Shown: positions 57,509-64,000 of the stretch, in pieces
Numbering within the stretch: position 1 is the stretch's first letter
Layout of the letters: each line of letters begins with the position of its first letter
Assembly (NCBI GenBank): GCA_032230565.1
Contig: JAVXWL010000102.1
Location: 21,743-85,742, forward strand
Length of the DNA stretch: 64,000 bases
Direction of reading: 5' to 3'
DNA from: Pseudonocardiales bacterium
GTDB taxonomy: Bacteria; Actinomycetota; Actinomycetes; Mycobacteriales; Pseudonocardiaceae
Program-made: the position numbers and the translations under genes
Notes under the pieces: generated by a model
The model's database searches: none
Seen by the model: the letters and a program-made list of their open reading frames with translations, nothing else
What the model was told of the DNA's origin: nothing

Positions 57509-57961
57509 TCAGGAAGCGGGGCTGAGGCCGAACGTGGTGTCGATCTCGGTGGCGAGGCTATCGACATCGGCGGCAAACGGCTTCGTCGCCGCTCCGGAAT
57601 TCGCCGTACGTTCCAGCTCGTGTAAGTGCGTCGTCAGCGCGGCGCGGCGTTGCGCGGTGATCCACGGTGCCTGTTCCAGCGTGCTTGTGAGGTCGGCGTC
57701 GGCGCGCTGCAGAGCGAGACCAGCGCCCGCGTCGCCGCCCGTTCCCAACGATGCCGCTCCGGCCTCGACGTGCAACGAGAGCACGCGAAGCTGCGAGGAG
57801 GTTTGCCGGGCCTGCTCGCGCACCGTCGCCACCCGGTCTGCCGGCGTCGGTGCACTGAAGCGACCCACAAACCCGCCGAGCACCCCGCCGAGGACGAAGG
57901 CCACACCCGCGAGGATCACCAGCTGCCGGCGCCGTTGAGCTTGAGGCGTGTAGAGGGCCAT
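57509..57961 (-). CDS. small membrane-anchored helical protein (last gene of the FTR1 operon)
   Basis: 150 aa with an N-terminal TM segment (LVILAGVAFVLGGVLGGFVG) followed by about 110 aa of helical sequence. It starts 2 nt after the upstream stop. Confidence 0.6.
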   Translation of the reverse strand: MALYTPQAQRRRQLVILAGVAFVLGGVLGGFVGRFSAPTPADRVATVREQARQTSSQLRVLSLHVEAGAASLGTGGDAGAGLALQRADADLTSTLEQAPWITAQRRAALTTHLHELERTANSGAATKPFAADVDSLATEIDTTFGLSPAS

Positions 57962-57963
57962 GG

Positions 57964-59991
57964 TCAGGCACGCCCGACGATCACCGCAGCGGCGGCGCTG
58001 CCGCCGACAGTCTCCGCGATCGCATCCGGGTCGGCCAGCTCCCGAATCCGACCGTCTTGGACCACCCAGGTGGTGGGTTGCACAGTGATCGGCCCCACAT
58101 TCCGGACGTGTCGGGAGACCACCGATCCGATGGTCATTTCCAGCGGCTCATCCGGTGAGCCGTTGAGCAGGATCGCTTCACCGCGCACGTCCAGGGCGGG
58201 ATCGCCGAATCGGTCGAAGAGCAGCACTCGGCCATCGTGTGAGCTCAGCCAGAACCGCCCGACCGGCTCGACCTGTTCCGAGCCGCCCGCAGCGCGAGCC
58301 ACGTCGATGATCGCCTCCCGACTCAGCGGTGGCCGGCCAGGCACCACACCGGAGCCGAGCACGAGAGCACCCACAGCCACCGCACGGATTGCACCACGAT
58401 CGCCAATCTGGCTGACTTGGACCTGCAGCGAGGTCGGCGAAGCACCTGCGGCGAGCGCTTCGGCTTCAACCTCGGCGATCAAGGCGTCGACGTCGGCCGG
58501 CGTGGGCCGGGACACGGTGCGTTCGCGTTCGGCACGCACCAACGACAGCGCGTCTCCCATCGAGGAGATCACCTCGGCGCCCGGTGGTATCTGGCAGTCC
58601 AGCCCGAGCGTGCCGGCCAGCGGCCGACCCAGCACGCTGGCGCCCCCACCGACGGCGATCACGGTGGGCTGGGTCAGGCGGTGCTGTGCCGCGACCGCGG
58701 TGACGAGATCGGCCAGCGCCTCGGTGGAGGCCTGCATCATCCGGCGGGCGAGTTCGCTGCCGGATAGGCGCACCGCCGCCCCGGCGATGTCCAGCGCCAC
58801 GGTCGCGGAGCGTCTATGACCGGATGCGTAGTCGCCGTCGGGAACCACGCCGAGCGCGTTCGCGGCGCAGGTGTTGGTCAGCGCCACCATCGAGCCGTCG
58901 GTCAACCGCAACGCCAGGTAGTCAGCGGGATCCCCGGGCCGTGGCGCGAGGGTCTCCGGGCGGGCGCCGGCCAACCTCTCCGGCGGCACGAAGCAGGAAT
59001 AGGTAAGCCCTGCGATGTGTGCGCTGCGCGGCCCGACACCATAAATTCGGCGCCGCCGCACCCGTAGCATCGATCCGCCGGCGACTCCGGCCACCTGCAC
59101 GTCCAATGCCCGGACCGCGGTTGCCTGGCCGGCCACCCGCACGTAGGACAGCGCCGGACGGCCGGCGGTGATCGCCGCGACGTTGGTGGATGTCCCGCCA
59201 ACCTCGACGATCACCCCGTCGCCGATGCGCAGCGTGCGCAGCGCTCCGGCCACCGAGGCCGCGGGCCCCGAGTACAACGTGCGAGCCGGTGCGGCGCGGA
59301 ACCCGGCCAGGTCGGTGGCACCACCGTCACCACGCATCACCATCACGGGGCAGGTCAGCCCCGCGGCCGCTACCCCGGCCTCCACCACCTCCGCGGTGCG
59401 CAGCGCGATCGGCAGGATCGAGGCGTTGAGCGCGGCAGTGACCGTGCGCAGTTCGAGGCCGTAAAGGCCGGTCAGCCCCGATGAGGTCGTCACCGGCAGC
59501 CCCAGCTCAGCCGCCAGTACCGCGACCGCGTCTTCACATGCCGAGTCGTCGGGAGCGAAGGCCTCGGCCACGCACACCGCTTGGGCGCCGGCGCTGGCCA
59601 GCCGGGCCAGCGCCTGGCGGGCCGCGTCGGCGTCGAAGCCGCCGGACAGATCCAGGAACTCGTGCGCGACAGCCCGGCTGATCGTGGTCCGGTTGCGAGC
59701 CTTGCGCAGGTAGGGGGGCCGGGCCATACCGAGCACACCGACCGGCACGGTATCGCCCTCCAGCAGCGCGTTCACCGCCTGTGTAGTGGAGTGGGTAACC
59801 AGTTCGATGGCCTCTGCACCCACTTCAGCGACCAGCTTCGCGACCACGTCGACCACGCCGGCGGAAACTCCGTCGCGGTGATCGTGGGTGGTGGGGACTA
59901 CCGCACGGCCCGCGAGCTCACCGGTGACGGAATCGATCGCGACCGCCTTGGTGAAGGTGCCGCCAACGTCGGCGCCTACCCGGACACCCAT
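57964..59991 (-). CDS. hydantoinase/oxoprolinase-family (ASKHA-fold) ATPase-like protein
   Basis: The N-terminus reads VGADVGGTFTKAV (the phosphate-1 motif of hydantoinase A/N). It also has MRGDGG and VEVGGTSTNV segments. I trimmed to the ATG at 59991, which overlaps the FTR1 end by 16 bp. Confidence 0.7.
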   Translation of the reverse strand: MGVRVGADVGGTFTKAVAIDSVTGELAGRAVVPTTHDHRDGVSAGVVDVVAKLVAEVGAEAIELVTHSTTQAVNALLEGDTVPVGVLGMARPPYLRKARNRTTISRAVAHEFLDLSGGFDADAARQALARLASAGAQAVCVAEAFAPDDSACEDAVAVLAAELGLPVTTSSGLTGLYGLELRTVTAALNASILPIALRTAEVVEAGVAAAGLTCPVMVMRGDGGATDLAGFRAAPARTLYSGPAASVAGALRTLRIGDGVIVEVGGTSTNVAAITAGRPALSYVRVAGQATAVRALDVQVAGVAGGSMLRVRRRRIYGVGPRSAHIAGLTYSCFVPPERLAGARPETLAPRPGDPADYLALRLTDGSMVALTNTCAANALGVVPDGDYASGHRRSATVALDIAGAAVRLSGSELARRMMQASTEALADLVTAVAAQHRLTQPTVIAVGGGASVLGRPLAGTLGLDCQIPPGAEVISSMGDALSLVRAERERTVSRPTPADVDALIAEVEAEALAAGASPTSLQVQVSQIGDRGAIRAVAVGALVLGSGVVPGRPPLSREAIIDVARAAGGSEQVEPVGRFWLSSHDGRVLLFDRFGDPALDVRGEAILLNGSPDEPLEMTIGSVVSRHVRNVGPITVQPTTWVVQDGRIRELADPDAIAETVGGSAAAAVIVGRA

Positions 59992-61244
59992 CGCGCCTCC
60001 CGCGTCCGGCGGGGCCGCACCATCAACAACCACACTGCTCCCAGCGCGTACACGGCGACCAGTACCGCCTGGCTGGCCAGCGTCTGCAAGCTCGGCCAGT
60101 AACCCAATGCCTGGGATAGGAAAATCGGCGCACGCGGCACTCCGGGCAGCGGGGTGAGGCCGATCAGGTCTGCGGTCTGCAGACTTCGCACCGCGTTACC
60201 GAGGAAGGCCACCGAGGTCGCCATCAACAGCACCACCGCACCGACCAGGAAGGTCTTCACCGGCAGCCGCCGGCCCAGCCGGAAGATCAGGTAGGACACC
60301 ACCGCCAAGGCGGCAAGACCAGCCGCCAGCCCGACCACGATCCACCAGCCCAACCCCTGGCCGAACTCGACCAACGCCTGGTAGAGCAGCGCGGTCTCCA
60401 AGCCCTCCCGGTACATCGCGGTGAATCCCACCAACACCAGCGCCGTGGTGGAGCCGACAGACACCGCGTTGAATAGCCGGCTGCGCAGGAACTCCATCCA
60501 ACGACGGTGCTCCAGCCGCGCGATCAGCCAGAACGAGATGTACAGCAGCACCGCGACCGCGGCGGTGGCGACGACCGCCTCCAGCACCTCCCGCCCGACC
60601 GGCAACACCGCGAGGACGAACCGCAGGATCAGGTATGTCACCGCCGTAGCCGCGAGCCCAAGGACCACTCCCCACGCGATGGGCTTGCGGTACCGAGTTG
60701 CCTTCGTGGCTTCCAGGTAGCCCAGCAAGGCAGTCAGCAACAGCACCGCTTCCAGTCCCTCCCGGAAGATGATCAGAAAGGACTGCCCGGCCACCACCGC
60801 GACCGCATCGAAACCGGTGTCGGTCAGCCGCCGTTCGGTGTCATCGATCAACCGTCGCAACTCGACGATATTGGTCCGCACCGCATCAACCGGTGCGCCA
60901 GACTTGATCAGCGCGCGGATCTCAGCAAATTTCGTCTCGGCGTCCGCGGTGAGGTCTGGAGCGACCACCCGCAGCGGCACCTCGACGTACTCGAAGTGGT
61001 CCAGGTAACCGGTCCTGGCCTGCGTATAGGCCTGCTCGATGTTTCCCTGTTTGACCAGCTCCAGGGTCTGGTCGATCGACGCACGCACCATCGCCAGCTG
61101 GCGGATCGCCTCTTCGCGGGTGATCGCCTGCTGCTGGGCAGCAGCCTGCGGGACCGCGCTGGCGGGTGCGGCGCTGAACAATGTCACAACCGGCACCAGG
61201 GCAGCTAGCGCCAGCAGCAACCCCAGCAGTCGCCGTCTGATCAT
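59976..61244 (-). CDS. FTR1/EfeU-family high-affinity iron permease with an N-terminal periplasmic helical domain
   Basis: It has a signal peptide, a helical domain of about 130 aa and then a TM core carrying two REGLE motifs (IIFREGLEAVLL and AMYREGLETALL). The start overlaps the lipoprotein gene as ATGA. Confidence 0.85.
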   Translation of the reverse strand: MIRRRLLGLLLALAALVPVVTLFSAAPASAVPQAAAQQQAITREEAIRQLAMVRASIDQTLELVKQGNIEQAYTQARTGYLDHFEYVEVPLRVVAPDLTADAETKFAEIRALIKSGAPVDAVRTNIVELRRLIDDTERRLTDTGFDAVAVVAGQSFLIIFREGLEAVLLLTALLGYLEATKATRYRKPIAWGVVLGLAATAVTYLILRFVLAVLPVGREVLEAVVATAAVAVLLYISFWLIARLEHRRWMEFLRSRLFNAVSVGSTTALVLVGFTAMYREGLETALLYQALVEFGQGLGWWIVVGLAAGLAALAVVSYLIFRLGRRLPVKTFLVGAVVLLMATSVAFLGNAVRSLQTADLIGLTPLPGVPRAPIFLSQALGYWPSLQTLASQAVLVAVYALGAVWLLMVRPRRTREARWVSG

Positions 61245-61681
61245 CCTGAGTACTTCGCCAAGTAGGGCTGCACCGCCGACGTGACCCCGGCCGAACCCTT
61301 GGCTGCCTCCGCGGCATTGCCTTCGTCCGCCGCCTTCTCCAGCACCGCGAAGTTGTCCTCCATCGTGAGGTAGGTGTCCTGGTCGTTCTGCTTGACGGTG
61401 TCCTCGATCTGCTTCCAGATCGGCTCAATCTGGCCGTCCAGGCTGACCGCCCTGGCCTTATCAGTCCCGGCCGTTTCGGCGATCTGCTTGGCGATCTGAT
61501 CGATCTTGCGCAGACCCATCGCGACGTCAGCCGCCGGTGCCGGTTGCTCCGGCGCTGCGGCGGCCGAGGTAGCCGACGTAGGCGCCGCCGACGTGCCGCC
61601 ACCACTGGAGCAGGCCGCAAGTCCAACAACGCTGATAACCACCAGTACCAGACTTGCGGTTCGCCACCTGCTGGTCAACAT
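61241..61681 (-). CDS. small lipoprotein (first gene of the FTR1 operon)
   Basis: It has the lipobox VVGLAAC, a Ser/Ala/Pro linker and an acidic helical domain of about 95 aa. Confidence 0.7.
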   Translation of the reverse strand: MLTSRWRTASLVLVVISVVGLAACSSGGGTSAAPTSATSAAAAPEQPAPAADVAMGLRKIDQIAKQIAETAGTDKARAVSLDGQIEPIWKQIEDTVKQNDQDTYLTMEDNFAVLEKAADEGNAAEAAKGSAGVTSAVQPYLAKYSG

Positions 61682-61724
61682 CGACCCTCCGAATGCCAGA
61701 AGCTCGGTCAGCCCATCGAGTGAG

Positions 61725-61743
61725 TTAGGCTAGGTATTCCTCA
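61725..61743. promoter_or_regulatory. possible IdeR/DtxR-type iron box upstream of the FTR1 operon
   Basis: ttaggctaggtattcctca matches the consensus TTAGGTTAGGCTAACCTAA at 13 of 19 positions by my count. The left half-site is good and the right half is poor. It lies 44 bp upstream of the lipoprotein ATG. Confidence 0.3.
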
Positions 61744-61864
61744 CAAAAATCTGCCAGAAGCCACCCAGCGAGGGGAAGGTAAGCCTGCACAACCACCCAG
61801 ATGATGGAATCTCAAGCTGTTCAGGCCGGCATTGCTGAGGCCACCCGACTACACTGCGTAGCCT

Positions 61865-62197
61865 TCAGTTATGCGTCTCCGCCATGAGCCAGGACAGGTA
61901 CTCGGCGCTGCCGCCGGCGATCGGGATCGCAATGATCTCGGGTAGATCGTAGCCGTGGTTGTTCTCGATGTGCGCCGTCAGAGCGGTGACTTGGTCAGCG
62001 GTGGTCTTGATCTCCAGCCGCCATTCCTGCTCGGTCTGCACCTCGCCGTTCCACCGGAACACACTCGTGATCGGGCCGACGATCTGGGCGCACGCGCCGA
62101 GCCGGGCCTCGATCACCCCAGCAGCAAGCGCCCGCGCCGCCTCTTCGCTCGCCATAGTCGACACCACGACCACATGATCGTCCGACACGCCAACCAT
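61865..62197 (-). CDS. cutA: divalent-cation tolerance protein CutA
   Basis: 110 aa with ARLGACAQIVGPITSVFRWNGEVQTEQEW...HGYDLPEI. I trimmed to the ATG at 62197. Confidence 0.85.
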   Translation of the reverse strand: MVGVSDDHVVVVSTMASEEAARALAAGVIEARLGACAQIVGPITSVFRWNGEVQTEQEWRLEIKTTADQVTALTAHIENNHGYDLPEIIAIPIAGGSAEYLSWLMAETHN

Positions 62198-62291
62198 CTT
62201 CGCATTCAGCGGGCTCAGCGGGGTTATTGAGTGCCTATTTACCCCGCTGAGCCCGCGGAATGCGGGGTTCACGTGGGTACTGTGAACGGCA

Positions 62292-63635
62292 GTGGAGGTT
62301 GCGATGGGGTTACGGCGCAGGATCCGGTGGGTGGTCCGGCATGGGCTGATCAGGCGGACGGTGCAGCGCCAGATGCGCGCCGGTGACCTCGGTTCACGGC
62401 TGATGATCGACCCGGCGATCCGCGAGAATCCCTTTCCGTACTACGACGAACTGCGCGCGCAGGGCCGCGTCGTCACGAGCGGGCTGGCGCTGATGTCAGC
62501 ACATCACGATGTCTGTTTGGCCGTGCTGCGCAGTCCGCACTTCGGCCAGATGCGCGTGGATTTGATACCAGGCATTCTCCGGTTGGGCATGAAGCTCGGC
62601 GGCCGGGCGGTGCTGGGACCGATCGAGCCACCATCGATGCTGGTAACCGACCCGCCCGAACACACCCGTTACCGCAAGTTGGTCACCCGGGCATTCAGTG
62701 CGCGGGCCGTCGCCGCCATGCGTCCCCGGGTCGAGGAGATCGCCGAGGAACTGCTCGACGAAATCGCCAGCTCGGGCCCGACCGCGGACCTGGTAACGCG
62801 TTACACCAGCCTGCTGCCCGCCACCGTGATCGCCGAGATGCTCGGCGCACCGGTGGTGATGCGTCGCCAGTTCCTGGAGTGGGGGGCCGGCGCGGCGCTG
62901 TCGCTGGACATGGGGCTGAGCTACCGCGACTTCCGCCGCTCCGAGCACGACCTGGGCGCACTGCATCGCTGGATGCTCGGCCACTTCTCCGAGGTCCGCC
63001 GCGCTCCCCGGGACGATGTCCTCAGCGCCCTGGTGACCGCACACGACCAGGGCGAGCAGTTGTCCCTCGACGAGCTGAGCAGCATTTCAATGCTCCTACT
63101 CGCCGCTGGTTTCGAGACCACGGTCAACTTGCTGGGCAACGGTGCCGTCCTGCTGATGCGACATCCTGACCAGTTGGCGCTGCTACGGGCGCAACCGCAG
63201 CGGTGGCCTGGCGCCGTGGAAGAGATGCTGCGCTACGACTCGCCTGTGCAGCGCACCGGGCGGGTCGCGCGGCGCGACACCGAGGTGGCCGGCCATCCGG
63301 TGCCGGCCGGCTCATTGATCATCACGCTGTTGGGCGGCGCGAACCGTGATCCCGCGGTGTTCCCGGATCCCCAGCGGTTTGACGTCCAACGGAGCGAGGC
63401 AGATCAAAATTTGGCGTTCTCCAGCGGTGTCCACTACTGCATCGGTGCCGCGCTGGCCCGTCTGGAAGGTGAGGTCGGCCTGCAGACGCTGTTCCGCCGA
63501 TTCCCCGATCTCGCGCTCACCGGTTCGCCACACCGGCGTCCCACCCGGGTACTGCGCGGCTACGACGCGATTCCAGTCCAGCTGAGCAGCCGCGCGCCGA
63601 CAGGCACGTCGGTGCATTCCCGCACGCCAGGATAA
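62292..63635 (+). CDS. cytochrome P450
   Basis: It has the I-helix LLLAAGFETT, the ExxR motif (EMLRYDSP) and the heme loop FSSGVHYCIGAALAR. Confidence 0.9.
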   Translation: MEVAMGLRRRIRWVVRHGLIRRTVQRQMRAGDLGSRLMIDPAIRENPFPYYDELRAQGRVVTSGLALMSAHHDVCLAVLRSPHFGQMRVDLIPGILRLGMKLGGRAVLGPIEPPSMLVTDPPEHTRYRKLVTRAFSARAVAAMRPRVEEIAEELLDEIASSGPTADLVTRYTSLLPATVIAEMLGAPVVMRRQFLEWGAGAALSLDMGLSYRDFRRSEHDLGALHRWMLGHFSEVRRAPRDDVLSALVTAHDQGEQLSLDELSSISMLLLAAGFETTVNLLGNGAVLLMRHPDQLALLRAQPQRWPGAVEEMLRYDSPVQRTGRVARRDTEVAGHPVPAGSLIITLLGGANRDPAVFPDPQRFDVQRSEADQNLAFSSGVHYCIGAALARLEGEVGLQTLFRRFPDLALTGSPHRRPTRVLRGYDAIPVQLSSRAPTGTSVHSRTPG

Positions 63636-63837
63636 CCGCCTGGCCTACTTAAGCAACGCCTACGCTGTCTGGCGGGTATCGACGATGGCGAAGGGCCGCG
63701 GCACGATCCACTGGAATGCGAACACTGTAGACCGCCGTAGGGCAAGAGCCGCGCAGGCGAGGACGCGCTTCGATGTGTTCGACTCGTGGCTTCGGGGCTA
63801 GCGAGATCCGCACACGGTGGTGATCTACGCTCTCGGC

Positions 63838-64000
63838 ATGGGCTTTGCGGATACGGAGCGGAACAAGGCGGCCGTCCATGAAGCAGGCCATGCCCTCATT
63901 GCCGACGCCCGGGGCCTTGCCGTCGCCGTCGTTGAGCTGCATGGCGACGACGGCGCGGGCGGGATGCGGCTCCAGGAAGCGCCATCGGAACTAGATCGGA
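63838..64000 (+). CDS. partial ORF with an HExxH motif (possible ImmA/IrrE- or M41-like metallopeptidase), runs off the window
   Basis: It translates as MGFADTERNKAAVHEAGHALIADARGLAVAVVELHGDDG... Only about 54 codons are visible. The GTG at 63817 or 63820 is an alternative start. Confidence 0.3.
   Translation, partial: MGFADTERNKAAVHEAGHALIADARGLAVAVVELHGDDGAGGMRLQEAPSELDR

Noticed and set aside
57626-58819. 397-aa plus-strand ORF inside the hydantoinase-like gene; similar long ORFs occur at 30027-31674 (antisense to whiA), 43690-44538 (antisense to pncB) and 2198-3265 (antisense to the SARP gene)
   Set aside because: All are opposite strongly supported genes, are rich in Arg/Pro/Ser/Ala, and have no start-site context or motifs. 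They are a high-GC artefact.

Overview
This is a high-GC actinobacterial chromosomal core segment. All calls come from reading the translated ORFs and the DNA; no database search was run. About 65 genes are supportable.

The backbone is housekeeping and follows gene orders well known in Actinobacteria and mycobacteria:
- qor ... ctaB
- tkt-tal-pgi-zwf-(extra gene)-opcA-pgl
- rbpA-secG-tpiA-pgk-gap
- whiA-yvcK-rapZ-uvrC
- rdgB-rph-MBL-murI
- cysM-cysO-mec-DUF2017-clpS
- pncB, dinG
- serB-ctaD
- a DsbA/MauE pair
- one tRNA-Ala(GGC)

Many neighbours share 4-bp ATGA/GTGA start/stop overlaps. I saw no CRISPR array, transposase, integrase or rRNA. Most long ORFs antisense to these genes are high-GC shadow ORFs.

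The parts worth a second look, in rough order of interest:
1. A ThiS/MoaD-like ubiquitin-fold protein ending in Gly-Gly is translationally coupled to a six-Asp-box beta-propeller. The pair lies divergent from a SigG-type ECF sigma gene, and no E1, JAMM or synthase partner is nearby (11.9-14.8 kb).
2. A tightly coupled four-gene operon encodes a lipoprotein, an FTR1 iron permease with two REGLE motifs, a hydantoinase/oxoprolinase-family ATPase and a small membrane-anchored helical protein. A weak IdeR/DtxR-like box lies upstream and a decayed Rpf-domain remnant lies downstream (57.2-61.8 kb).
3. CysO carries an 11-residue tail starting with Cys after its Gly-Gly, next to the Mec JAMM protease.
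4. An NAD-binding/DUF2867 gene is inserted between zwf and opcA.
5. An RCK-gated channel has a non-canonical TTEGF filter.
6. Small palindromic repeat elements and a tandem duplication sit in intergenic spacers.

None of these is proven novel. Each needs the searches listed with it.
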